Below are positions 28,315 to 38,700 of a stretch of 64,000 bases of DNA, in pieces. This stretch comes from Bacteroidales bacterium (GTDB taxonomy: Bacteria > Bacteroidota > Bacteroidia > Bacteroidales > VadinHA17): contig WOYX01000057.1 in assembly GCA_011620595.1 (NCBI GenBank), forward strand, positions 28,473-92,472, written 5' to 3'. The notes beneath the pieces are model-generated. The model was given only the letters and a program-made list of their open reading frames with translations. It was not told the DNA's origin and searched no databases. How positions within the stretch are numbered: position 1 is the first letter of the stretch; each line of letters begins with the position of its first letter. A program made the translations under genes and the position numbers.

Positions 28315-31300
28315 ATGAGTGAAGAGATCCTGCGGGCATTGATGGAGTTGTTCGCCCTGATAGTAAAGCAGGACGCCGGCATGCTGCAGAGCGAAAGGGA
28401 TTACGTATCGGCCTTCCTCCAGAAACAGCTTACCCACCAAAGCGCAGATGAGTTCATGACTCTCTTTCTGGAGAACGCAGGCCCCATGGCCGGCACGGAG
28501 AGCAAAGCCTCAGCGGGCAGCTCCTCTGTCAGGGATTCGATCAGGATCTTCCATAACTGTACCAAGATCAACAAGACCCTGACACAGGAGCAGAGGGTCA
28601 TTGTTCTCATGCGCTGCTTTGAGCTTATCAGCACTGACAAGCAGTATACCCCGCAGCGCATGAACATCATCAACACCATCGCCGAGGTATTCAAAATATC
28701 ACAGGAGGAGTTCACCGCCATCAGCCTGTTCGTCAGGGAAAATCAGCCGGAGGCCTTCAGTGACCCTTCAATGCTCGTGGTAAGCACAGGCCACCCATCC
28801 GAAACTGCAGACAAAGGCTCCTTTGTCGTTTTTCTGAAGATAGCCAGCGTCAATCTCTATTTCTTCCGCTGTTTCTGTTCCGGAACCACCCTCCTCAACG
28901 GACTGCCGATAGCATGCGGTAAGGTCTATACCTTTGCACCCGGGAGCTCTGTTCATACACCGCCGGCGACGATGCTGTACTACAGCGACATCACCTCAAG
29001 GTTCATGGCAGACAAGAACATACACCGCATTACGCTTGTCGCTGATCATCTGAACCACTGTTTCATCGATGGGACACCGGCCATCACTGACCTGAGCTTC
29101 TCTGCCAGGGAGGGTAGCCTCGTTGCCATCATGGGCGCCAGCGGCTCGGGTAAGACAACTCTTCTCAACCTGCTTACCGGTTTGATTAAGCCTGACTCCG
29201 GTGAGGTCAGAATAAACGGGATACCGATCACCGGAGGGGAAGAGAGACTCGACGGCGTTATTGGCTACGTGCCGCAGGATGACCTGCTGGTTGAGGACCT
29301 CACCGTATTTCAGAACCTGTGGTATGCTGCCGCCCTCTGCTTTGCAGGCCGCAGCGATGAAGAGCTGACATCAATAGTCAACGGTACACTGCAGACGCTG
29401 GGACTCTTTGAAAAGAGAAACCTGAGGGTGGGATCACCGCTCAACAAAGTCATCAGCGGGGGACAGAGAAAAAGACTCAATATAGCCCTTGAGCTCATCA
29501 GGGAACCTTCACTGCTTTTTCTCGATGAGCCTACATCAGGACTATCCTCTTCGGATTCCGGCAATGTGATGGACCTGCTTCACGATCTTACCCTGAAGGG
29601 CAAGCTGGTGGTCACAGTCATACACCAGCCATCATCCGAGATCTTCAAGGGATTTGACAAGGTGCTCGTGCTTGACATGGAGGGGCACCTGGTCTTTTAC
29701 GGCAACCCCCTCGAATCGATAGTCCACTTTAAAACCCTTGAAACACAGATTAACAGAGCAGCAGGTGAATGCCCTGCTTGCGGCAACGTTAATCCCGAGA
29801 CGATCTTTGACATCCTCGAAACCAGGGTTGTAGATGAATACGGCAGACTGACCGAAAAGAGGAAGGTCTCTCCCTCGGAATGGGCAAAGGCCTTCCGTGA
29901 GACATCACCACCGACGCCGGTGCACGAGGAACATGAAACACCCTATTCAGGACTGCACAGACCCGGATGGCTCAGGCAGACTGCACTCTTCCTGATGCGC
30001 GACATGAAAAGCAAGCTTGCCAACAGGCAGTACATGATGCTTACTCTGTTGGAGGGGCCGATACTGGGACTCATCCTTTCATACATCATCAGGTATATTG
30101 CAGACCCTTCGTCTGACATCTATATATTCAGGGAAAACGAGAATATCCCCGTCTATATCTTTATGAGCATCATCGTGGCTCTTTTCCTGGGTCTGACAAT
30201 CAGCGCCGAAGAGATATTCAGGGACAAAAAGATGCTCAGACGCGAGCATTTTCTGCGTCTGAGCCGCAGCAGCTACCTGCTGAGCAAGATATCAGTCCTC
30301 TCCATTATTTCAGCACTGCAGACCTTCCTCTTCCTTGTTGTCGCCAACCCTATGCTCGGCATCAAAGGGCTGTTCTTCCCTTACTGGCTCACCCTCTTCT
30401 CAATTGCCCTGTGCGCAAATATGATAGGGCTCAATATCTCCTCAGCTCTCAACTCGGCAATCTCCATATACATTGTCATCCCCCTGCTGATGATCCCGAT
30501 GATGGTACTGAGCGGCGCCATGTTCCCCTTTGACAAGTTGAACAGGAGCATCGCCCGCCCCGACAGGGTACCGCTGATCGCAGAGCTGATGCCCACCCGC
30601 TGGAGTTATGAAGCCCTGATGGTGAAACAGTTTACCGGTAATGAATACGACAAGAGAGTCTATCCACTCAAACAGCAAATGAGTATCTCCGACTTTAACA
30701 CCATCTACCGCATCCCGAGGATGCTTGAGGCACTCGACAAATCAATTGAAAACCTCAGCTACCGTGACAGCCCCGATACGGAAAACAGTGAGCTGCGGCT
30801 GCTCAGGAATGAGATCGGGACAATATCCGCGTCAGGCATCGTCAGCCCGTTTGAAGCAACAGACTCAGTCACCCCGGGGCTCTTCACCGAAGAGCTGGGC
30901 AGCAGAATAAGAGAATGGATCACAGGCGCCGACAGGGAATACAGAAGAGTGAGCCATATAGCAGACATGAGCCTAGACAACTATGTCAGCTCCAACAGGG
31001 AGGCACTGGACATCCTGTACAACAACTACCACAATGACAAGCTTGAAGATATCGTAAGAAAAGTCTATGAAAGGAACAAGATGCTGGAGTTCCGCGACCG
31101 GCTCGTGCAGAACGCAGACCTCATTTACCTTGAGCCTGTGCCCTCAGGACCGCTAAGGATCCGGACACATTTCATGGCACCTGTGAAGAATTTCCTCGGC
31201 CTCACGATTGATACCTTCACATTCAATACTATGCTTGTGCTCTTTTCCGTTATAGTGCTATACATCCTCCTCTATTTTGAAGTGCTCAGGAAGATTATCA

Positions 31301-31353
31301 GGTATTTTGAAAATCTCAGATTTCAAAAACAGGGGAGAGCAGGCTTGAAATGA
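28315..31353 (+). CDS. fused ABC transporter: TerB-like N-terminal domain, linker domain, ABC ATPase, ABC-2/ABCG-type permease
   Basis: Walker A GASGSGKTT, signature ISGGQRKRLNIA, Walker B LLFLDEPTSGL, H-loop VIHQP. Multiple TM helices follow (aa ~570-780 and at the C-terminus). The N-terminal ~140 aa are helical and TerB-like (uncertain). Confidence 0.8.
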   Translation: MSEEILRALMELFALIVKQDAGMLQSERDYVSAFLQKQLTHQSADEFMTLFLENAGPMAGTESKASAGSSSVRDSIRIFHNCTKINKTLTQEQRVIVLMRCFELISTDKQYTPQRMNIINTIAEVFKISQEEFTAISLFVRENQPEAFSDPSMLVVSTGHPSETADKGSFVVFLKIASVNLYFFRCFCSGTTLLNGLPIACGKVYTFAPGSSVHTPPATMLYYSDITSRFMADKNIHRITLVADHLNHCFIDGTPAITDLSFSAREGSLVAIMGASGSGKTTLLNLLTGLIKPDSGEVRINGIPITGGEERLDGVIGYVPQDDLLVEDLTVFQNLWYAAALCFAGRSDEELTSIVNGTLQTLGLFEKRNLRVGSPLNKVISGGQRKRLNIALELIREPSLLFLDEPTSGLSSSDSGNVMDLLHDLTLKGKLVVTVIHQPSSEIFKGFDKVLVLDMEGHLVFYGNPLESIVHFKTLETQINRAAGECPACGNVNPETIFDILETRVVDEYGRLTEKRKVSPSEWAKAFRETSPPTPVHEEHETPYSGLHRPGWLRQTALFLMRDMKSKLANRQYMMLTLLEGPILGLILSYIIRYIADPSSDIYIFRENENIPVYIFMSIIVALFLGLTISAEEIFRDKKMLRREHFLRLSRSSYLLSKISVLSIISALQTFLFLVVANPMLGIKGLFFPYWLTLFSIALCANMIGLNISSALNSAISIYIVIPLLMIPMMVLSGAMFPFDKLNRSIARPDRVPLIAELMPTRWSYEALMVKQFTGNEYDKRVYPLKQQMSISDFNTIYRIPRMLEALDKSIENLSYRDSPDTENSELRLLRNEIGTISASGIVSPFEATDSVTPGLFTEELGSRIREWITGADREYRRVSHIADMSLDNYVSSNREALDILYNNYHNDKLEDIVRKVYERNKMLEFRDRLVQNADLIYLEPVPSGPLRIRTHFMAPVKNFLGLTIDTFTFNTMLVLFSVIVLYILLYFEVLRKIIRYFENLRFQKQGRAGLK

Positions 31354-31363
31354 CCATTTTTTT

Positions 31364-31371
31364 TAAATTTG
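31364..31371 (+). promoter_or_regulatory. -7 promoter box TAAATTTG upstream of the 305-aa lipoprotein gene
   Basis: TAnnTTTG match 20 nt upstream of ATG 31392, just after the ABC gene stop. Confidence 0.45.
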
Positions 31372-31391
31372 TACATTAACACAACCTCCTG

Positions 31392-32309
31392 ATGACAGGA
31401 ACAATCTCAAAACTGGCCGCGATCATCGTGCTGACAGTGGCATATTCATGCGGAAACAGCAGTCCCAGGCACGGCAACCCGGGCTTTCCCGTCGCCGACT
31501 CGGTGCCTGCAGGAGAGGCCGAAAAGCTAAGTGAGGAGGCAATTGCGGATATAGTACAGAACATTGCATCGCCGGTTGAGATAGCTGCTATAATGCAGTC
31601 GATGCAGGTTCCCTTTTCGGCTGAATATCTTGCTCCCACACAGGGCGCTGACAGGCTCACCACAAACTTTCAGAAGGCAGTGATGCTGGGCATATACGGA
31701 GCTGACCTCGGTTATCTCAATATCTATGAAAAGACCGGCACCTCCGTTGACCTTCTCTCAACCATCAAACGAATGGCTGACGGCCTTCGCGTGGGACAGT
31801 TCCTTGATTTTGAAACCCTGAAGAGGCTTTCGGTCAGTAAGTCAAACCTTGACTCACTGCTTTTTCTCTCTGTCAATTCATACAACAAGATAGACGAATA
31901 CCTGCGGGAGAACAACCGTGGTTCCGTATCTGCACTGATGATCGCAGGCGTATGGATTGAAGGTCAGTACCTGGCTACACAGGTTACCCGCACTCATCCT
32001 GACAGGGTGCTGAGAAACCGCATAGGTGAACAGAAGATCATACTGGGGGACCTGCTCATGCTTCTGCGACCCTACCGTGACAGTAACAGTGATTACTCGT
32101 CGCTCTACAACATGATGGAAGAGATCAGCAATACTTACCGCGATGTGCGAATAACCTACAGGCTCGGAGAACCGGAAACGGTTGAAGAGGACGGTCGGCT
32201 GGTGATGATACAGCATGAGGAGAGTATCGTTGAGATGACTGATGACCAGCTTGCAGAAATTACCGGTATTTCAGAAAAGGTGAGAAACAAATTAATATCA
32301 GGAGGATAA
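31392..32309 (+). CDS. lipoprotein of unknown function
   Basis: Lipobox LTVAYSCGN. 305 aa. No motif recognised. Confidence 0.55.
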   Translation: MTGTISKLAAIIVLTVAYSCGNSSPRHGNPGFPVADSVPAGEAEKLSEEAIADIVQNIASPVEIAAIMQSMQVPFSAEYLAPTQGADRLTTNFQKAVMLGIYGADLGYLNIYEKTGTSVDLLSTIKRMADGLRVGQFLDFETLKRLSVSKSNLDSLLFLSVNSYNKIDEYLRENNRGSVSALMIAGVWIEGQYLATQVTRTHPDRVLRNRIGEQKIILGDLLMLLRPYRDSNSDYSSLYNMMEEISNTYRDVRITYRLGEPETVEEDGRLVMIQHEESIVEMTDDQLAEITGISEKVRNKLISGG

Positions 32310-32310
32310 G

Positions 32311-32751
32311 ATGATATACAGGTTTGCCATTATATCTGCCGCACTGCTCCTCTTGTCGGGCATGGCTTCAGGCCAGCCTGCCGCCGATGACCTGGTGAGC
32401 AGGTGTGTCCTCAGCGCCGGAGACAATACCACATACCTGAAAGACTTCAGGGTGCAGCTGCCCGAGACAGCCCCCGATGCTGCAACGCCGGTCTATAAGG
32501 CAAACATGTACCTCATGAAGAACATGAAGTACAGGTTCTCCGTCTGTGATGCCCCGGAATCAAAGGGAGAGCTTGTGGTCACCATCTATGACCAGGGAAA
32601 GGAGCTTATCTCCTCATACAACAAAGGCACCGGGAAAAGATACCCGTCCGTTGACTTCATCTGTAACAAGACCGGACTCTATACCCTCTGGTATAATTTC
32701 CGTGACGGAAAACAGGGTTCAGGAGTGGGCGTGGTGTGTATGATCAGGTGA
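32311..32751 (+). CDS. small secreted protein of unknown function
   Basis: Signal peptide MIYRFAIISAALLLLSGMASGQ. Starts 1 nt after the preceding stop. Confidence 0.55.
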   Translation: MIYRFAIISAALLLLSGMASGQPAADDLVSRCVLSAGDNTTYLKDFRVQLPETAPDAATPVYKANMYLMKNMKYRFSVCDAPESKGELVVTIYDQGKELISSYNKGTGKRYPSVDFICNKTGLYTLWYNFRDGKQGSGVGVVCMIR

Positions 32752-33738
32752 TCAGAAAGGCCAGACCCGGGATACTACAATCATTATTACCATCAGCCAG
32801 AACAGGATCTCCGCAAAGACGAGATTGCGGGTAAGGGCCATGTAATTGGCCATAATGAATGCAACGGGTATTGCCGTCACCGCATTCATCTCCACCGAAA
32901 CCGAGGGCACAAATATGTAAGATGCCAGGCAGATGAACGTCATCCAGAGCAGTATCTCAAAGGTCTTGCGCGACCTGATTTTCTGCGTGGGCATCTCTCC
33001 CGCCAGGGATACCAGCGCAGGCAGAAAATTCAGTCCGGCCACCACCAGCAGTATGACCATGGTACGGGCAATGTATACAGAGGACATCTCATCGAAGATA
33101 TTGTGTCTGACTATTTCAGTGAGGTTAGCTACACTGCCTCCGGTCACGTACCAGACGGCATAGAGTACCAGCCATGGCAGCAGCGCACCCGCCAGGGCAA
33201 AGATCATCTCCCTGATGTCCGGACTCCGCAGTATCAGTGCCCCAATGAAGACGAGCAGGACGAACCATACCGCGTCTGCATAAAACATACTCCCTGCCGA
33301 GATCAGCAGGGCGGCATCGAAGAAATTAAATGCGAGCCCGTTCACACGGTATGCTGATATCATCCTCCACAGACCGATCATCACAAGCAGGGCAGCGGGA
33401 AGAGCAGGATTCAGCACCATCTCTCCGGGAAAAAGTGAATAGAGAATGATGTATATCAGGGCCGGAAGATAGGTCCTGCGAGGAATGAAGAATATTGCAA
33501 TATTGAACCTGACCATTACGATTGCCACAACCAGCATCAGGCCAAATGAGAGTATTACGGCCATCAGAGGCATGGCCGACAGTGCTCCTGCTATCAGGCC
33601 CCAGAGAGGCATGGGCGCACCACCGGTAATGTCGGGTACCAGAGGAGGTGAAAGAAAATGTTCACTCCACAGAGCCAGGGTGATGAGCATAAGAAGTGTC
33701 ACCGGAGCTATCCCCGATCCCCTGAAAAACCTGATCAT
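32752..33738 (-). CDS. polytopic inner-membrane protein of unknown function
   Basis: 328 aa, almost entirely hydrophobic helices. Its start overlaps the purD stop by 4 nt. Confidence 0.6.
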   Translation of the reverse strand: MIRFFRGSGIAPVTLLMLITLALWSEHFLSPPLVPDITGGAPMPLWGLIAGALSAMPLMAVILSFGLMLVVAIVMVRFNIAIFFIPRRTYLPALIYIILYSLFPGEMVLNPALPAALLVMIGLWRMISAYRVNGLAFNFFDAALLISAGSMFYADAVWFVLLVFIGALILRSPDIREMIFALAGALLPWLVLYAVWYVTGGSVANLTEIVRHNIFDEMSSVYIARTMVILLVVAGLNFLPALVSLAGEMPTQKIRSRKTFEILLWMTFICLASYIFVPSVSVEMNAVTAIPVAFIMANYMALTRNLVFAEILFWLMVIMIVVSRVWPF

Positions 33739-35018
33739 CTTTTAATCTTTTTCAGGTCAAAACCTATATCCTTCCTGTAATTTACTCCCTCGAAGCCTAT
33801 CCCGGAGATGGTGCGGTAGCTCTTCTCCAGCGCCTCCTCCAACGTTTCTCCCCTTGATGTGACTGACAGCACTCTGCCGCCTGAGGTCACTATCCTGCCG
33901 CCGCTCTCTCCGGTTCCTGCGTGAAAAACAATGCTATCCCTGACACTGTCGAGGCCTGTTATCTCAAAGCCTTTGTTGTAAGCATCAGGATAGCCTCCAG
34001 AAACCATCATCACGGTTGCGGCGCTGTCAGGGGAGGTCACCAGGGTGCGGCTTTCAATATCCCTGCGGGCCACCCCCTCAAGCAGATCATACAGGTCACT
34101 TTCTATACGCGGCAGTATCACCTCGCTTTCAGGGTCGCCCAGCCTGGCGTTGTACTCAATGACATAAGGTTCGCCGCCGACGTTCATCAACCCGAAAAAA
34201 ATGAAGCCGCGATATTCTATCCCTTCAGCACGCAAACCCTCCACTGTGGGCCTGATCACCTTATCTTCCACCTTACCCATGAATTCCGGAGTGGCAAACG
34301 GTACCGGTGAGACGGCTCCCATCCCTCCGGTATTCTTTCCGGTGTCACCTTCACCGATGCGCTTGTAGTCCTTGGCCTCAGGCAACAGCCTGTATGAGAT
34401 GCCGTCAGTGAGAATGAAAGCCGACATTTCGATACCGGCAAGATACTGTTCAATGACAACCTTGCTGCCTGCCTTGCCGAAACGGCCGCCGAGCATCGCT
34501 TTCAGTTCACTCACCGCTTCATCGGGGTCACTGATGATCAGCACCCCCTTGCCTGCCGCCAGCCCGTCAGCCTTGAGCACGTAGGGCGGGGTGAGGGTGG
34601 TCATGAAATGCACGGCATCCTCAATGGTTTCTGAGGTGAAGGTCTCATAGGCAGCTGTGGGTATCCCGTGCCTCTTCATGAACCCCTTGGCAAAATCCTT
34701 GCTGCCTTCCAGCATCGCCCCATTGCTCCCCGGTCCTATCACCACCACGGATGCCAGTTCCGGATCTGCCTCAATATAATCTGTGATTCCCTCAACCAGC
34801 GGTGCTTCCGGACCCACAACCACCATTCCTATTTTGTGTTCGAGTATTGCAGACCGCACGGCAGTAAAGTCAAGAGGATCAACCGGCAGGTTCACTCCCA
34901 ACATGGCAGTGCCCGGATTGCCCGGCGCAGTGAACAGCTTCAGTGGCCGGCTGCTCTTCGACAGTTTCCATGCCAATGCATGCTCACGACCTCCGGACCC
35001 GAGGATTAGTATATTCAT
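33735..35018 (-). CDS. purD: phosphoribosylamine--glycine ligase
   Basis: MNILILGSGGREHALAWKL start and an ATP-grasp core. 427 aa. Confidence 0.92.
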   Translation of the reverse strand: MNILILGSGGREHALAWKLSKSSRPLKLFTAPGNPGTAMLGVNLPVDPLDFTAVRSAILEHKIGMVVVGPEAPLVEGITDYIEADPELASVVVIGPGSNGAMLEGSKDFAKGFMKRHGIPTAAYETFTSETIEDAVHFMTTLTPPYVLKADGLAAGKGVLIISDPDEAVSELKAMLGGRFGKAGSKVVIEQYLAGIEMSAFILTDGISYRLLPEAKDYKRIGEGDTGKNTGGMGAVSPVPFATPEFMGKVEDKVIRPTVEGLRAEGIEYRGFIFFGLMNVGGEPYVIEYNARLGDPESEVILPRIESDLYDLLEGVARRDIESRTLVTSPDSAATVMMVSGGYPDAYNKGFEITGLDSVRDSIVFHAGTGESGGRIVTSGGRVLSVTSRGETLEEALEKSYRTISGIGFEGVNYRKDIGFDLKKIKR

Positions 35019-35040
35019 TGTTCAGCGTTAGTTCCGTCTT

Positions 35041-35048
35041 CAAACTTA
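35041..35048 (-). promoter_or_regulatory. -7 promoter box TAAGTTTG for purD
   Basis: Plus strand reads CAAACTTA. It lies 22 nt from ATG 35018. Confidence 0.5.
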
Positions 35049-35138
35049 CATAAAATCACCCTGATTTGCACAGGCAAACCAAAAACAGGACCAGTGTTGT
35101 GATTTAGCTGGAAAATGTAACCCCGGCCTGCAAATAAC

Positions 35139-35765
35139 TCAGGCCCCCGCCGAATAATCGTCCGGCAGGCTGAAAGTATACCCATGCCGCAGCGCTTCAG
35201 TGATGAAACTGTCAAGATAATGGAGAGAGGACGAGGAGGGGGTGTCATGTAAAACGATAAGAGAACCGGGCCGCAGCCTCTGCATCAGTATGCGGCGGGA
35301 AGCATCAGGGGAAAGTGTGCAGTCAAAGTCGTAGGGCATAAGGTCCCAGAAGACGATCCGTGTGCTCCGCTCCAGTATCCTGTACTGCCGTACCCTTATC
35401 CTTCCATAGGGTGGGCGGAAGAGATTACTGCAGGTGATATCCCTTCCCCTGAGAACATCAGAACAGTATTCCCTGACCGGCGTTTTCAGACCGTTGAGAT
35501 GGCTGAAGCCATGATTGCCCGTCGCATGACCCGAGGCTGCTATCCTTGCAAATAGCCCGGGCTGCTCCTGCACCTTCATGCCTGTGCAGAAGAAGGTGGC
35601 CTTCACATTATGACTGTCGAGGATATCAAGAATCCCGGGAGTTGATCCGGGGTCCGGCCCGTCATCAAAGGTAAGACCCAGCCTTCTTCCAGAACCGGCG
35701 ATCCTGTAAATGGCATCAGGGTATATTACCGCTGCCGGAAAGGGTTTGCCATAGTTCCTGATCAT
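35139..35765 (-). CDS. polysaccharide deacetylase (NodB/CE4-like) family protein
   Basis: LTFDDGPDPG..TFF..GNHG.SH motif series. Its start overlaps the upstream gene's stop (ATGA). Confidence 0.75.
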   Translation of the reverse strand: MIRNYGKPFPAAVIYPDAIYRIAGSGRRLGLTFDDGPDPGSTPGILDILDSHNVKATFFCTGMKVQEQPGLFARIAASGHATGNHGFSHLNGLKTPVREYCSDVLRGRDITCSNLFRPPYGRIRVRQYRILERSTRIVFWDLMPYDFDCTLSPDASRRILMQRLRPGSLIVLHDTPSSSSLHYLDSFITEALRHGYTFSLPDDYSAGA

Positions 35766-38700
35766 CCCGGCCGTACCTCCCCGTAATACCTGTTGAGCTC
35801 CTGAGAGGCCCTCTCAGCCAGCGCCGGCATGCCGAGAGAGATTGCCTTCCTGTAGACCTCAAGGAGGGCCTGCAGTGATACTGAAACCGTATAGTCAAGG
35901 CCATAGCCCTTTTCATCAGGCAGGGCGGCTATGAAGGAGAGCGAGGCCAGGGCATTGTCGGTGATGGTGTTAAACATATCCTCTGCCCTCTCTCTCTCTC
36001 CGGCCATGGCCAGTGCCTCGGCAAGCTCGATGCTGAAGTAATCGTATGGCATCTTCTCAGGAGGAACAATACCCAGTCCCTTCTCGGCCGCCGCCAGAGC
36101 CCTGACAGTGTCTCCCTCGAGAACCAGCGCCTGGGAGAGTCGCGCGAACTGACGCCGGAAGACATCGAACAGCCTCCGGTTGTTCTCGTCAAGATATACG
36201 CCCTCCTTGCCGGCGTTGCCCCACCTGAAACTGTTCATCATATTATCATACATCTCCCGGGTGTCCACCATGCCGGTCTCACCTGGTGCGGGTGGATCAA
36301 TCCTTATCGGGCTGACCCTGTAGGCCATACCCTCCAGGACGAAGAAATCCTCGAGGCCGATATATGTCGAACCGGGAACGGTGGTGGCATAATAGAGGGG
36401 CCGCTCCCAGTTGTTGCCGGCCATGATGTCCATGACCGCAAGATCATCCTTGATGGCCATGGTGCCCCTGAATTTCCAGATCATCGGTGTCAGCATCCTG
36501 TCGGCATGCCATGGCCGTACGGCACCGGTGGCGAGCACATGCGCCGAATCGACATCTACGATGAACTCCCTCACCGGTATGAAGTTGAAGAAGTCGCCGC
36601 GGCCAGAGAGGTCAACCTTTGCCTTGGGGTCATCCGACCCGGCAAACTCGACAACCTTGCGTATGGGTGTGGGCTCCTTGATAATATCCTCCACGGGGAG
36701 TTGCACACGCTCACCCTCGACATATTTGTCAGGCGGCAGGGTGAATGGCAACGGATCGGACTCAAATGCCTTACGGCTCATGGTCTCGATATAAAAGCCG
36801 CTCTGCAGGTAGCTTAGATTGGCAACACGCACATCGGTGCGGAAGCCTTCCACATCTTGGATGTACCAGAGCGGAAACGAATCATTGTCGCCGTAGGTCA
36901 GAAGAATGGCATTCTCATCACACGTCGAGAGATAATTTGATGCGATATCCCGTGCCGTATACCTGTCAGACCGGTCATGGTCATCATAGTTTTCCAGAAT
37001 CATCAGCAGAGGTACGGCAGCCATGAGCACTGCCGAAGGGATCACCGCCGCAGGGTAATCCTTCATAAACCGCCTGAGAAGATCAAAAAAGAACATCACC
37101 CCCATGCCTATCCACATTGCCCAGGCATAAAACGAGCCCGCATAGGCATAGTCCCTCTCCCTTGGCTGGCTGGGATTCTGGTTGAGATAGGTGACTATGG
37201 CCAGTCCGGTCATCAGAAAGAGGAGAAACACCAGTGAAAGCCCCTTCCTGTCTTTCCGGTACTGCCAGAAGAGCCCGGCCAGGCCGGTCAGCAGCGGAAG
37301 GAGATAGTACCTGTTATGAGCCGGATTGTTCCGGTTCTCTGCCGGAAGCTGCGACTGGTCTCCGAGACGGGGATTGTCTATAAAGGGTATGCCCGAAACC
37401 CAGTTCCCATCCATTACGTTGCCGTTACCCTGGAGGTCATTCTGGCGTCCGGACCAGTTCCACATGAAGTATCGCATGTACATCACCCCCACCTGGTAGC
37501 GGAAGAAGAAGCGCAGATTCTCGCCGAATGATGGAAGGGTGACCTGCTCGTTGCTGCCTCCTGACCTGACGGCTATCTTACGTCCTTTCACCTTGCCCCA
37601 GTATTCATACTGACGGATATGATCGGGGTCACTGCTGTACATCCGGGGGAACAGGGTCATGAAACGTTTGTCATACTCGTATTCTGAACTGTAGTAGGGG
37701 ACATATCTGCCCTCCTTCTTGTTGTACCCTCCCGTCTTTCTCTTAATGCCTACCACGGGAGCAGAGTAATAGTGACCGTAAACAAGAGGTGCCCGGCCGT
37801 ACTGTGTCCGGTTGATGTAGTAGATGAATGAGAAGACGTCGGACGGGTCATTCTGGTTCATGGGAGGATGGGCGTTGGCCCTGATGATGATGAGTGCGAA
37901 TGACGAATATCCGAGAAGGAGTACCGCAGCCACGGTCAGCACCCGGTTGAGGATGACTCTCTTCTTCTTCAGCGAATACCAGAGGCCTCCGGCTGTCAGG
38001 CCAACGAGGAGCACGAGGTAGATGTATAGTCCGGAATTGAATGGCATGCCCAGCGTGTTCACGAAGAAGAGCTCAAACCACCCGGCTACCTTGGCCACCC
38101 CGGGGATAAAGAGGAAGTTAAGCACCCCCAGGATCAGAAAGCCCGTGAGGGTGGCGTAGACAACACCCTTTGCCGTAACCTCGTATTTGCGGAAGTACCA
38201 GATGAGAACCAGCACCGGCAGCGCCAGCAGGTTGAGCAGGTGAACCCCGATGGAGAGCCCCATCAGGTAAGCTATCAGTATAATCCATCTGCCTGCATGC
38301 GGGTCGTCAGCCTCATCATACCATCGCAGCATGGCCCAGAATACCGCGGCAGTGAAGAGCGAGCTGGTGGCATAGACCTCCCCCTCCACCGCCGAGAACC
38401 AGAAGGTGTCAGAGAAGGCATAGGCCAGCGCACCCACTGCTCCCGAAGCCAGAATGGCAAGGGCTTTTCCTCCCGTGACCTCCGTGCCGTCCCCGGTGGC
38501 AAGGCGTATGATCCTTGTGACGCTCCAGAAGAGGAACAGTATTGTAAAGGCGCTTGCCAGTGCCGACATGATGTTCACCATCATTGCCACCTTCGAGGTG
38601 TCACCGCCGGCAAAGAGCGTGAAGAAGCGGCCCAGCAGCAGGAAGAAGGGCGCGCCGGGAGGATGACCCACCTCCAGCCTGTATGAACAGAGAATGAACT

